Shown here piece by piece: positions 40,386 through 54,919 of a stretch of DNA of 64,000 nucleotides. Origin of the DNA: Eledone cirrhosa (lineage: Eukaryota); the NCBI GenBank assembly GCA_964016885.1, contig OZ024741.1, forward strand, positions 339,388,001-339,452,000. The letters are read 5' to 3'. Each line of letters starts with the position of its first letter. Within the stretch, counting starts at the first letter, position 1. Made by a program: the position numbers and the translations under genes. Under the pieces are notes generated by a model. The model saw only the letters and a list, made by a program, of their open reading frames with translations, ran no database searches and had not been told where the DNA came from.

Positions 40386-41009
40386 AGGGTTGTAGAGAGT
40401 TGAAGAGAAAGAGAGTGAGAATATACAATGAAATATACGATGGGAAAATAAGCAAATAATCATGTATACAGAACATTTTCAAAGAGTGGACAGAAAATAC
40501 CTGAAGAAACAAAATATCCTATGGATGGCTGAGATAGCTTAAAATCTTTACAGATTCATGGAGGAAAACCAAAAGCCGGCTAAATTCGAATGCACCCACC
40601 AAATGAATGAGTGAGTTAAAGGGTAGAATGGTGTGGGTTTGAGATGATTTTGAATGCATTCATTGGCAAAGGTCTACAATAGTGTATAATAAACAAATAG
40701 TTTCTCTCTCTCACATATATATATATATATATGAGAGAGGGAGAGAGAGAGCATTTGTTTATTGACCACTATTGTAGACCTTTGCCAATCAATGCATTTT
40801 TTGCATATTTCGAAAAATAATATATGATTATATGTGTGTATATGTTTTAACTCACACACACGCACTAACAGATATGTATGTTATGCATTATAAAAAGCTG
40901 AACCTTTAAGATTGTTACTTAAAGTTTTACCTTTCAGATCATATGATAATAGTCAATATGATTATATGCCAGACCTTGATTATCCCTCTCTCATATATAT
41001 ATATATATA

Positions 41010-42769
41010 TCATCATCATCATCATCATCATCGTTTAACGTCCATGTTCCACGCTTGCATTGTGTTTTGTTAGAGATGCCTACTGACTGTAGTAGGTTTT
41101 ACTTTGTATTTCAGGTAAGGCGGGTCTTCTCTATTACTGAGTACCGCCAAAGGTCTCGGTCCAGTGACATTGTCTTGGTGAGGTGTAAGTGTGTGAGGTC
41201 GGAATTTATCAGCTCGTCCCAGGTTTTTCTGGGTCTGCCTACTCCGTGGCTACCATCTATCTTTATTGCCCTGCCCTTTGCTATACAGCTGTCGTCTTTC
41301 ATGCGCATCACGTGACCATACCAACGTAGCCTTCTCTCGAGTAAACAACATCTGATCCCTCTTATTTCTAATTTTTTCCTTAGTTCGTTTATGCTTTGCC
41401 GTTCACGTATATTACTATTACACATCCAGCGGAGCATGCAAGCTTCGTTCCTCTCTAGTCTGCATATATCCTCTGCACACAATGCCCAGGTCTCACTGCC
41501 ATGCAACATTGCTGTTCGTATGCAGGCATCATACAACCTGCCTTTCATTTTTAGGGAGAACCCTTTAGCGGCTAATAGTGGTATAAGCTCTCTGAACTTT
41601 TTCCATCCAGTTCTGACTCTAGCTACTGTACTTTCAGAGCACCCTCCCCCACTGCTGATTTTGTCACCCAGGTAACGGAAGCTGTCCACTATTTCTATAG
41701 AACCCTCTGCGCAATTGAAAGAGCTAGTATTTTGTGGGCACTTGCTGCTACTTATTGCACCAGAGCACTGGCCACATGTAAAATCTGTGTTCTTAGTTAG
41801 CTTACCTGTGATCCCACTACATCTTTTATGCACCCATACTTTGCATTTGGGACATAAAATGGAGTTTCTACCTACGCCTTTCCTACACACTGAGCATGGC
41901 CATTTCCCGGATGGGACCGGCGCCTTATTTTCTTTCCTACAAACTAGAACTTTAGTCTTAGCCAGGTTAATTTTAAGGCCTTTTGATTCTAGGCCGTGCT
42001 TCCATGTTTGGAATTTCTTCTCTAGCTTGGCCATTGATTCAGCTATGAGCGTTAGATCATCTGCGTATAGGAGTTCCCATGGGCAGCCGGTCTTGAACTC
42101 CTCTGTTATAGCCTGAAGGGCAATAATAAATAGTAGGGGGCTAAGAACAGAGCCCTGATGGACACCAACTTTTACGCTAAACTCTTCACTATATTCGTTG
42201 TTAATTCTAACCTTGCTGACTGTTTCTTTATACATGGCTTGTATAGCTCTCACAAGCCATTCGTCAACACCTAGTTTTCTAAGAGCCCACCAGATAATGA
42301 CCAGATAATGGAACGGGGGACTCTGTCGAAGGCTTTCTCCAAGTCGACAAAGCATAAGTATAGGGGTTTACTTTTAGCTAGGTACTGCTCCTGTAGTTGT
42401 CGTACAATGAAAAGAGCGTCTGTGGTACTTTTGCCTGACACAAACCCGAACTGCATTTCATCTAGATCGATTCTCTCTCTGATTAGTTGCACTATTACTT
42501 TTTCTGTGACCTTCATGACCTGGTCGATTAATTTAATGCCTCTATAGTTACTCCTATCTAGGGCGTCTCCTTTACCCTTGTAACAGTTAATGATGATGCT
42601 GCTACGCCAGTCCTTCGGAACAACCCCATTCTGTATGACTTGGTTTACTATCCGGGTGACCAAGGTGTGTCCCACCATTCCAGAGGCCTTCAGCATCTCA
42701 GCAACTATTTCCGAAGGCCCAGCCGCCTTACCCGTCTTCATATCTTTGATTGCCTTACTTATAATACTA

Positions 42770-42772
<3 letters not shown>
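41010..42772 (-). mobile_element. 5'-truncated RTE subfamily A copy (RT + PHD-like finger)
   Basis: Closely similar to 12031-13730; 11-bp tandem duplication accagataatg (42289-42310) shifts the frame; (TA)n on both sides. Confidence 0.95.
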
Positions 42773-42824
<52 letters not shown>

Positions 42825-42935
42825 AAAAGGTAAACGCAAATAACACAATCGGTACAGTATATGGAAGGGATATATTAGGTTAACACTTGATATATCAGGA
42901 AGAGGGTGAGGGTGTTAACGTTATATATATAGCCA

Positions 42936-43283
42936 TGGAGGCACATGGCTTAGTGGTTAGAGTATTGGCCTTGCAATCGAAAGGTTGTGAGTTCAATTCT
43001 CAGACCAGGTGATGTGTTGTTTCCTTGAGAAAGACACTTTATTTCACATTGCCCCAGTTTTTCTCAGCTGTAGAAATGAGATGATAGGGACTGGGGTCCC
43101 TATCATTCCACTGCAAAGTAGTCGTGGAGGTGCCACGACAAAAAAGCACCCAGCACTCACTGTAAATGAGGTTGGTGTTAGGAAGGGCATCCAGCTGTAG
43201 AAATCAAGCCAGAATCAGTTCCCATCCCACCCTTGCAAGCAGGGAAAAGTGGACGTAAATGATGATGATGATGATGATGATGA
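42936..43283 (+). mobile_element. Full-length tRNA-headed SINE with one 48-bp unit and RTE subfamily B tail
   Basis: Near-identical to 28010-28338; immediately followed by a minus-strand ~190-bp SINE (43285-43475). Confidence 0.9.
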
Positions 43284-44135
43284 AAATAATTGTTTCTACT
43301 TTTGGCACAAATCCAGCAATTAGCCAGTACATTACTGGTACTTTATTTTATCGACCCCGTAAGGATGAAAGGCAAAGTTAACCTCGACGGGATTTGAACT
43401 CAGACCGTAAAGGGACGTAACTATGCTGGAAAGCATGGCGTCCGACTCTCTACCGATACTGTCAATCCACCACCCTATATGATGATGAAAATAATGAAAA
43501 TTATTGTGCAATATATAAAGATTAAACCAGTATTAAACTCTGTTGTAGTGAAAAACTCTGAACACCCCCGCGTAACTAAAAGCGGGCTAGGCAAAGTGTC
43601 TATAAATAATAACTGAAGTGAATTGTCAGTAGACCGTGAATACGGAGTCTCATTGTAGTGATTTCGTTGGTAGTTCAAAATTACGTCTAGGGAATATTTT
43701 GGTTTTACCTTCGTTCATACAGATATACTAACTGGTGTAACACACTATTATAACAAACTAGTAAGACCATTATTCAACAGAATATTCAATACTTAGAATT
43801 GTAAAGTGTGGTTATATTAGAAATAGTTGGGGCTGACAGCTGAGCTCTTGCGTTTCGACCGTTCATTTTATATATGGCAATGAATTTGTTTTGCAATTTT
43901 TTTAATATGAAATCATATGTTGAAACAAATATTGTTATATTTGGGGAGGGTCATATTTTTATAATATTGCCAGAAATAATATTACAACACACTCACTCTT
44001 TGGTTTGGATTGGTTTTCGCTTCTGTCTATTTCATATCCCTATAGTTAATTTAGCTGGCAATCAATGTTTATATTTATATCTATCTATATATATAGAGAG
44101 AGAGAAGTGGTTACACAACAGTTAGTTCACCATAC

Positions 44136-44173
44136 TGAGAACAATTGTTTCTCCTTAGTGGATCCTCAGCTTG
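44136..44173 (-). ncRNA. Minimal type I hammerhead motif (stem I weakened)
   Basis: caAG-CTGAGGA-TCC actaa GGA-GAAA-CAATTG-TT-CTca. Confidence 0.55.
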
Positions 44174-44219
44174 TAATGGACATGGTTATACGGAACGTTC
44201 CGGATAACCATGTCCATTA

Positions 44220-44257
44220 TGAGCTGAGGATCCGCTAAGGTGAAACAATTGTTCTCA
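44220..44257 (+). ncRNA. Minimal type I hammerhead motif (one stem II mismatch)
   Basis: TGAG-CTGAGGA-TCC gctaa GGT-GAAA-CAATTG-TT-CTCA; palindromic stem III ACAATTGT. Confidence 0.6.
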
Positions 44258-44562
44258 GTATGGTGAACTAACTGTTGTGTAACCACTTATATATATATAT
44301 ATATATAGATATAAATATAAACATTGATTGCCAGCTAAATTAACTATAGGGATATAAAATAGACAGAAGCGAAAACCAATCCAAACCAAATCTGTTTTAT
44401 TATTATTTCTGGCAATATTATAACAATATGACCCTCCCCAAATATAACAATGTATATATATATATAGTGTCCTCAAGTATAATTTGTTAATTTGTTGTGG
44501 AACTAACTCTATACTGAACTTGTCCTTTGGACTGAATACTCTACCAACTTTGGATAGAACCT

Positions 44563-44595
<33 letters not shown>

Positions 44596-45970
44596 ACACA
44601 CACAGTAAGCAATCTGATCGGTTGGTTGGAAACATAAAAATAAACAGAATCAGTGCATGGTTGTTTTAGGGGCTTATGAATATTTAACAATTTAAATACC
44701 GATCTTTATAAGATCTTTCTATCCAAAATTATTTAGCAATAAATTATTCATAACCCCCAATTTAATGTTGTCAAAAGCACAGTGTCTCTCAATATTTTTT
44801 CCCCCTCAGGAAACTTGGTACAGAATCTGTACCTTTTAAACAATTTATAAACGAAATGTAAAGAATAATGTTTGTTTAAATGAGAAAAACTGATATATAT
44901 ACACTCTTCCATTGGTGGAAAATATTTACTAACTCAAAGATTACCCATTTTAGGTGCAAATTTCTAAATGTTTGGCGGGCAAAGTCACATCTGATTTTCT
45001 GGCTTGAGTATTAAATATGCATCTATTTATGGTAGCTATGTTTGGAAGAGTCCATTACTTGAACTTATATATATTTCTGTTGGATCATCAGCTGTAGTTG
45101 GAGGAGTCCATTATTTAAACCTGGGGTGGGGGCTCGGTAATTTTTTTAGGTTGTCTCTATTGATTTAAAAAAAAACCCAGAATTAGTCGTTTAGTATACA
45201 TATTCAGATCCCAACCCATCCTATTTATTTTATGACGTATGGGATTTTTAGTAATGTTCTTTTTTGTCATGTATAATGTTTTGTAATGTATAAAGAAAAT
45301 CGTTGCAGGCATGCTACTACTTAAAATAAAATTTCACTGGCGATAGATTAGCAACATTTAATAAGACTGGGAGTGGGGAGGGGGGCTTATTCGAGGCCCG
45401 AGAATAGTTAAAGATGTGGAGAATATCATGATAGTAGAATAGCTAACTAAAACAGTTTCTGGTTGAAGTTCTTACTGTAGGTATATGCTATCCATTAAGA
45501 GTGTTCCCTTTTCTACAAGGTCACATCTTTTGCTATCCCTGCATGTTGCTCATGCTGTCCACTACACAACACTCTCTATACAATTATATTCTGTTTCTTT
45601 ACTCACATTTTTGGCCATCATTCTAAGGGGTATATTTGCCTTGAAAGAAACGAAATTACATAAAGTGGATAGAATTTTTTAGTCATACATAGAGTAAGGC
45701 AACTTCTCTTATATATATATACATACATATATTTATATGACCCTCCCCAAGTACAACTATATGTATATATATATATATATAAAAGAAAAAGAAATTGAAA
45801 ATGCAACTGAAGTCTTTTAAGAATATTTATTTATTTACTTTACCGGTTTCACAGTTCTTATGATTTTTAAAAGTAAAATAAAGATGGAGGGTTTGTGTTT
45901 CTGTTGTGGTTTGTCTAGCATATCATATATATATATATATACACACACACATACACACACATATATATAT

Positions 45971-46280
45971 GTCCCACCTGAGCAAGATTGGTTGGGTGTA
46001 CTAGCGAGACGCGGTCACCCCACCAATCTTGCTTCAGGTGGGACAAACCCGTCCAACCCACACTAGCATGGAAGATGGACATTAAACGATGATGATGATG
46101 ATGATGATGATGTATATATATAAATGTTGTTGGTGTTAGGAAGGCCATCCTGCTAAATTTATAGTTCTGTCTGACCAAGGTACAATGCAGCCAATCTGGC
46201 CAAACCTGTCTCATGATGTGGACGACCTCTCTAAAACATGCAAGCATGGGAAGTGGACGTTAAACAGTGATGATGATGAT
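45971..46280 (+). mobile_element. Two stacked SINE/RTE tail fragments, the first with an inverted 5' end
   Basis: gtcccacctgagcaagattgg / ccaatcttgcttcaggtgggac, then ctagcatggaagatggacattaaac(gat)n; second tail 46123-46280. Confidence 0.7.
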
Positions 46281-46316
46281 ACAACAAACCCAAAGTAGCC
46301 AAAAATACCAATTTAA

Positions 46317-46521
46317 CCCTTCAGCATTTACATTATTCTATATTTACTACTGTATTTTCACAGTTAAGGTTTTACCTCACATACTATCTTACATAATTAT
46401 CCCGCATATTTATTTTGAGAACAATACCTTAATCTAGATATGAGCAGCCAGTTACAGCCAGTCTGAAGAGAAAGAGGTGAGAGAGTTCTGGCTGGATACG
46501 GCCGGTTTAAATGTTAAAGGG
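46317..46521. mobile_element. 205-bp piggyBac-type MITE
   Basis: TTAA|cccttcagcattta ... taaatgttaaaggg|TTAA. Confidence 0.75.
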
Positions 46522-46611
46522 TTAAATAAAAATGAAATTAAAAGCAACACACTATATTGATACTAAGAGAACACTTTATCAGGCCTCAATCTGGTTTTTG
46601 TAGAGTTGTGC

Positions 46612-46678
<67 letters not shown>

Positions 46679-48084
46679 ACACTACCATAGAAATTATGCC
46701 AAAATGAAACCTATGAGCACGACATGGTCATCTGACCAGTCAAATCTCTGAATGTGACACCTTGTCCAGTTTATGCCAGCATGGAGAAAGAAAGTAAAAT
46801 GGAGATGTTGATGTATATATGTATCATCATCATCTTTATTCAAAGTCTGTTCTTCCATGCTGGGATGTATTTGAGGTACAAGTATTTGTGGAATACTCAG
46901 CCGTTTATGCTGTAATTCAGTGAGTAGCTAGTTCAATTGTTCAAACAACTGGAATACTCATCGTTGAAGCCAATAGAAGAGCTATAAAATGTGTATGTAT
47001 GTGCATATGTATGTGTGTATGTGTATATGTATGTGCATGTGTATGTAAGTGTATATTTGTATATATGTGTGTGTGTGTATGCATGTGTGATGTTTCTATA
47101 TGAGTATATGTATGGCATGAGTATGTAAGTGTATATTTGTGTGTGTGCGTGTGTGTATGCATGTGTGATGTGTCTATATGAGTATATGTATGTGCATGTG
47201 TATGTAAGAATATATTTGTGTGTGTGTGTGTATGCATGTGTGATGCATGTATTTGAGTATATGTATGTGCATGTAATTGTATATTTGTATGTGTATGTAT
47301 GCATGTCTGTGTGTCAGGTGTAACATGGAACCAGGAAAGAGGAATCCGAAAGAGACAGGCTGGCTGTCAGGGGAGAGAGAGGAGGAGAGAGAAAGAGAGA
47401 GAGAGAGAGTGTGTATGCGTGGCTGTGTGGAGTGTGGTAGTAAGAGAAGAGTGGACAAGGTAGTAGGAGAGAAAATAGATGAAAGAGAGAAAATAGATGA
47501 AAGAGAGGGGGGATAGTTGAGAAAGTGACAAGGTGAGGAGGGAGACAGGAGAGATGCAGTACATGTCAGTAGAGAGGGGGATATAGGGAAAGAGAAGTAA
47601 TAGATTAAAGAGGGAGAGTGTGTGTGTATTTGTGAAACGGCGGGGGGGGGGGGGGATACATCAGTGTATGTGTGTGTGTGTATTTCAGTATATGTGTGTG
47701 AATGTGAGTTTGTGTGTGTGACAGGACGGAGAGAGGAAATGCATTAAAGACAATGTGTGTATGTCTGTGTGTATGTGTGTTTGTGTGTGCATGTGTGTGT
47801 ACATGTTTGTGTGTATGTGTGTTTGTGTGTGCATGTGTGTTTCTGCATGTGTGTGTGTACATGTTTGTGTGTATGTGTGTTTGTGCATGTGTGTGGACAG
47901 GTTTGCGTGTGTATGTGTCTGTGTGCATATGTGTGTGTGTTTATGTGTGCATGTGTGTGGATATGTGTGCATGTGTGTGTGTGCATGTGTGTGTGTGTAT
48001 GTGTGTGTGTGAAATGGAAATAAAATAATGACTGACTCAAGAAAAATTTGCAGGAGAAAACCTATAAAGAATGGCTTTTCCTTT

Positions 48085-48760
48085 AACAACAACACAACTT
48101 TCATCACCACCACCACCAACATCAGCACCACTACCAACAACTCCACCACCACCACCACCAACAATAACACAACTATCACCATCACCACCAACAACAACCA
48201 TACAACTATCACGATATCACGACCATCACCACCACCACCAACAACACCACCAACAACAACAACCATACAACTTTCACCATCACCACCACCACCAACAACA
48301 ACAACAATACCAACAACACAACTATCACCATCACTACCAACAACAACAACACACCACCACCACCAACAACAACAATACCACTATCACCATCACCTCTACC
48401 AACTACAACTCCATCACCACCAGTTACAACAACAACAATACCAAAAACACAACTATCACTACCAACAACAACAACAACAATACCAAAAACACAACTATCA
48501 CTACCAACAACAACAACAACAATACCAAAAACACAACTATCACTACCAACAACAACAACAACAATACCAACAACACAACTATCATTACCAACAACAACAG
48601 CACCACTACCAGCAACACCACCACCAACAACAACAACAATACCACTATCACCATAACCTCTACCAACTACAACTCCATCACCACCCCACCAACTAAAACA
48701 CCACCAACACCACTATCCCTACCAACACCAACACCAACAACAACAAAATACAAATCAAGA
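48085..48760. repeat. (CAA/CAC)n degenerate repeat
   Basis: Visible; poly-Q/T/N ORFs are artefacts. Confidence 0.9.
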
Positions 48761-49083
48761 CAGGGAAAAGACAAAATACCCCCCCAACAAAAAAATCCCC
48801 AAAAGAACCCAGAAGAACCAAAACTGGAGAGAGAAGAATTGGTGACAATTAAAGAATAAAAGAATACAAGAATAATGTGTTAGGAAAATCACGATTTAGT
48901 GTGAAAAATAGACAGAATGGAATAGAGGAATAGAGAGTATGGGAGATGGAGAGGGGAGAAAGAAAACTTAGAAAAAAAGAAACAATAAAAATACACACAC
49001 ATACATGAGTGTGGTAAAGTGACTGTGTAATGATTATGTATATATATATATATATATACATAGACATACATACTCATATATAC

Positions 49084-49131
<48 letters not shown>

Positions 49132-49334
49132 GACATACATATATAATATATATATGTATATATATACCATTGTTGTATATACATGTGTGTGTAAAGACGT
49201 GTATATACAATGTATATATATATATATGTATATGCTAACACGTATATATATGTACACACACACATGTATATATGCACATACACATATGTACACATACATG
49301 TGTGTATACATATATACAAGTATATACATGTATA

Positions 49335-49376
<42 letters not shown>

Positions 49377-49382
<6 letters not shown>

Positions 49383-49458
49383 GTCCTCAAAAATGTGTAC
49401 ACACTTACTTTAACAGCATTCTAATAAATATGTGTATATAATTTTGGGGGACACCCTG
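49377..49458. mobile_element. 82-bp Tc1/mariner-type MITE
   Basis: TA|tagggtgtcctcaaaaat ... attttgggggacaccctg|TA; CAGGGTG-type inverted ends. Confidence 0.75.
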
Positions 49459-49579
49459 TATGTACGTATGTATGTGTGTGTGCATATATACATATATATA
49501 TATATACACATATATATATGTATATATATATATACATATACATATATATATTTATGATGATGATGATGATGATGATATA

Positions 49580-49610
<31 letters not shown>

Positions 49611-50184
49611 GCACATATGTTTACACACACATATGTATACACACACTTATATATACATAAAACAAGAGGCAGAAGAATGTGGTAAAAACCACATACATCA
49701 TGACAAGAAGTTATTTCGATATAAAATGGAAGAATCTGAAATTTGGAAATAAACTTGGCAACTTTTGGTTTTTATTTCTAGTTCTATTGTATTATTTCAT
49801 CTTGTTTTATAGTTGTTTTATCTTGTTTTGTTTTTATGTTGTTTGTTTTTTTTAATTTTTATATAGTTTTGTAGTTTGTGCGTCTGTTCAGAGTGGTGCA
49901 ATAAATAAATATCTATTTATAAATGTAACAGATTTTTTTTTAAGGACAATTTTTTATTTTTATTTTGGTGAACAAAAGCATGTGATTGCTGTTGCTACTG
50001 TAGTAGTAGTTATTGTAGTAGTAGTAGTTGTAGTAGTTGTTGTTGTTTGTAGGTGAATGTAGGTACCTGTATGTGTCAATGTATATGGTGTTTTGGTAAA
50101 AATGAGAATAAGACTTAATCTATTTCTCGGTTTAACTCTCCTACCTAGTCTTAAGCTGTATTTAACAGTCCGTTATGTGCATAC

Positions 50185-50597
50185 ATCTATGACTGATGCA
50201 TCTGGACACATCTTCAGTGATGTGCTTGGTATCTTTGGGTGGTTCGGGTCTTTCAACATCATACGCCCTTCTCCAGGTGACCCAGCTGGGGCTGATCAGA
50301 CCCCAGCTTGTGTCCAGATGGCCAGCTAGCTACCATGACTCAATGGCTCTCCTCTTTTGATCCACAGCCATCTTGAGGCCCCCTCTGCCGCATCGGTGGT
50401 ACTGCGGATGGCCTTCCTCCTTCTCACTCCCTCGATGCCCAAAGTGCTGAAGGCTCTGGTCAGGGAATGGGCTGCGAAACCCCTGCATCCAACCTCCACT
50501 GGGAGACACTTCGCTCTCCAACCAGCCCGCTGGCAGTCACTGACCAGAACCGCGTACTTGGAGAGCTTTCTCGCAAAGGCTTCTTCCAGGCGATCAT
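50185..50597 (-). mobile_element. 3' fragment of an RLE-type (R2-group, HERO-like) non-LTR retrotransposon
   Basis: A frame absent from the ORF track reads DRLEEAFARKLSKYAVLVSDCQRAGWRAKCLPVEVGCRGFAAHSL...AAEGASRWLWIKR, the restriction-like endonuclease C-terminus (RK..KY, PVEVGCRG). Confidence 0.8.
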
Positions 50598-50954
50598 GTG
50601 TAAATGTGTGTGTGTTTTGGTAAAAATGAGAATAAGACTTAATCTATTCCTTGGTTTAACTCTCCTACCTGGTCTTAAGCTGTATTTAATAGTCCACCCA
50701 GTTGTAGGTGGGTGTAGGTACCTGCATGTGTAAATGTTTGTATGCATATATGTATGTGTGTGTGTGTTTTGGTATAAATGAAAACAAGACACTTAATATA
50801 TTCCTCGGTTTAACATATGTGGTTCTTGGCTGTATTTAACATAGTCCACCCAGTTGCAAGAATTTAAGCCAAGTTTTCTAGTTTGAGTTGACCTTCTCTT
50901 TCTCACTTCCTACCCACCAATCTCTGAGATCCTTGAAAGGGTCAAAGGCATTAC

Positions 50955-51078
50955 CTTTACCAACGAGAGTAACTGATTCACCATCATCTCTATTTTGATC
51001 CTCTTTGCATTCCTGCATGGATTTGATGGGGGGGGTCACAGGAGCACATTTCACTCCTAAATCTAAAGTGTTTACCAT
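50955..51078 (-). CDS. Candidate first coding exon of an unidentified host gene (MVNTLDLGVKCAPVTPPIKSMQECKEDQNRDDGESVTLVGK)
   Basis: Non-repetitive island, ggctATGG start context, AAAG|GTAATG donor at 50955/50954, upstream acceptor tttatcttag|G at 51346; no recognised homology. Confidence 0.25.
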
Positions 51079-51980
51079 AGCCTTCCATCATTTCTGGCTA
51101 AATAAAATTCTTCTTCTTCTTCTTCTTCTTCTTCTTCTTCTTCTTCTTCTCCCTTTCACTTCCTCTCTATCACTCTCCCTCTCTCTTTCACTTCCTCTCT
51201 ATCACTCTCCCTCTCTCTTTCACTTCCTCTCTATCACTCTCCCTCTCTCTTTCACTTCCACTCTATCACTCTCCCTCTCTCTTTAAAAGAAATCGGCTGT
51301 GTTCACAGATCTGAAGAGGTGATGAGCTCCTCCAAGTTTAAAATACCTAAGATAAACTAACTACATTATAACCAACACCACCACCACCACCAACACTAAC
51401 ACAACATTGATCACGACCTCCACCACTATTAACACAACAGTGACCACCACTACTAACATTACACTGACCCCTAATTAACACAACAGTGACCACCACCACT
51501 ACTAACATTACACTGACCCCTAACACCACTACTAACACTACACTGATCACCACCATCACTAAAACTAACACTATATCCCCCAATGACCACCACCACCACC
51601 ACCATCATCTTCACTAATGTTATCATTACCAGCTCTGCCAATTTGCTGCCTGCAGAATATAAAAATGAAGGTTTTAAAAGCAAGAAATCTTTTATTTGTA
51701 ACAGTTTATGAAGAATACTAGAAATTCCAGTCAGTGTTATAGTGAAAAAAAACAGCAAAGTGTTGTAGACAGCGTTATTAAAATGATTAAAACATACAAA
51801 AATAATTATATCAGAGCCATTGATTATTAGATTTTACTATGAATAAACATAAATTCTAAAAAATCTTTTATGAAAAACCTCAATACAATAAATGATTTGA
51901 TTTCAACAAAAATGAACATATTTTTTAAGTACGCAAGAATCTTTACATATGTTCTCTTATTTAATTTGTTGTTGTTATTG

Positions 51981-52013
<33 letters not shown>

Positions 52014-52213
52014 GGATAGGAGGTATGTGTATGTTAGCATGTATGTCTGTGTATTTGTTCTATGTAATGTTTGCATATGTACAGATATGCATATCTGTAC
52101 ATGAGTGTAAATAAGTATGTATGTGCATATATATATATATATACATGCATACAATGTATGATGTATGTTTTGTTTCTTTTTATATGTATATATGAACAAT
52201 ATATAACTGTCTA

Positions 52214-52248
<35 letters not shown>

Positions 52249-52329
52249 CCTAGCAAGCATGTAAAAATGTATCTAAAAATTATGTGTACTTTTTTTATTC
52301 TTTTGAATGCACATACATGTTTAGTATGC

Positions 52330-52366
<37 letters not shown>

Positions 52367-53041
52367 TACACACATGTATATATGCGAATATATATGTGTG
52401 TATATATATTTATGTATTTACACACACATATATTCACATACAATTACTTACATACAATTACATATATATATATGTGTGTGTGTGTGTTATTTCAAGAAAT
52501 ACTTATAAGAATAAACCATTTGTAAAGTTGTGTGAGAACAAAGGAACAGGATTCCAAGTAAATGCAACAAAATCCATCATTCTTTTCCTGTAGTCAAATG
52601 CTTTCTTTCACATCAAATTGTCTTCTTCTTTTTTCGCCTCCTCCTACTCCTCCTTTTTATTTTGAGGACAGAACGTGGTTTTCTTCTTTTTTTCTTTCTT
52701 CCTTTAATTTTGCATTGCTGTTGGAACTTGTGGTTTGCCAATATGGGGAAGGAGGAGAGGGACTCTTTTAAAGGTCATAGTTCATCATAGTTCTTTTACC
52801 TCTGGATTTTAGCCATCAACTCCCAGGTCTTGTCCCCACACAAAAAGGGTTAGGTAACTACGTATTGTTCATGGGTTACATATTTTGGCATGGTTTCTTT
52901 GAGTGGATCCCTTCCTAATGATAAATACTTTACTAGGTGCATTTTATCTTGGCACCAATACTAGAGTGGTTGTCTTGTCCTTGACAAGACCAATTGATCT
53001 TTTCCCCTCATATATATATAACATATATATATAATTATTAT

Positions 53042-53195
53042 CATCATCATCATCATTTAACGTCCATCTTCCATACTAGCATGGGTTGGACGGGTTTGTC
53101 CCACTTGAGGTAAGATTGGTCAGGTATCTGTCTCGCTCGTACAGAACTGTTTCTGGCAAGTTTTCTACAGCTGGATGCCCTTCCTAACACCAATC
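53042..53195 (-). mobile_element. SINE/RTE tail fragment
   Basis: Reverse complement of ggtgttaggaagggcatccagctgtagaaaa...ggacgttaaa(tga)n. Confidence 0.8.
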
Positions 53196-53620
53196 TGTGG
53201 ATGCAGAAATAAATATTTTGAAAAAGGTAACAACCGAAGGAAAACAGGAAGATGATACGTTGGTTTGTGAAGACATTCCCTGGCAATGGACGGAAAGAAA
53301 AGCAAGGATAATTACGTCGTTATGTGGAGCGAGAAGAACAATTTCTTGCAAAGACAAAAACACATTTATGCTATAAAAGAAAACTTTTGACCAATATTCT
53401 ATTTAGAATAACGGAATGGTTTCCAGCTCTGGAGTTTGAGAATAATGTAAATAAAATTATTAAACGAAAATGACAAAGGTTATAAATAATAGTAAAAGTA
53501 AATAATGATTAGAACATTAAGTATTGTTATAAGATTTAGGCCTGTGCATAAGTATGCGCTTATGCATACATATATGGATATATATATACACACACACGTA
53601 CACATACACATACATATATA

Positions 53621-54520
<900 letters not shown>

Positions 54521-54863
54521 TTTTTACATATACATACACACATACATATGCACGTACGCACACATATACATAAATACATGCATGCACGAATACGCACGTG
54601 TGCACGCTCCTCGTTGCAAAGGTAATAAATACATCTATACACAAACACATATACGCATATGCACCTATACACAAACACATATATGTATACACACACGCAA
54701 TATACACACACACACATATAGATATACACACATACATATACATGCATACATATATAATATATATATATAAACACATACATAAATAGGTATATATATATAT
54801 GTTCCAAGGCTCTGATACCATCAACACCATAAACACAGAGCTAGCATATCTAAGAACTGACTA

Positions 54864-54919
54864 ACTGCCTGATGAGGTCATAGACATTCAATGACTATCA
54901 TCGAAATATATATAGCAGT
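54864..54919 (+). ncRNA. Minimal type I hammerhead ribozyme motif
   Basis: ACTGC-CTGATGA-GGT C ATAG a CAT tca ATG a CTAT C ATC-GAAA-TATATA-TA-GCAGT; same family as 23495-23549. Confidence 0.72.

Larger units (their letters stand above)
43931..44451. mobile_element. ~520-bp spacerless palindrome carrying hammerhead motifs
   Basis: Centre ggaac|gttcc at 44196/44197; arms align out to attgttatatttggggaggg / ccctccccaaatataacaat. Confidence 0.85.

Noticed and set aside
48028-48859. Gln/His/Thr-rich ORFs
   Set aside because: (CAA/CAC)n low-complexity repeat
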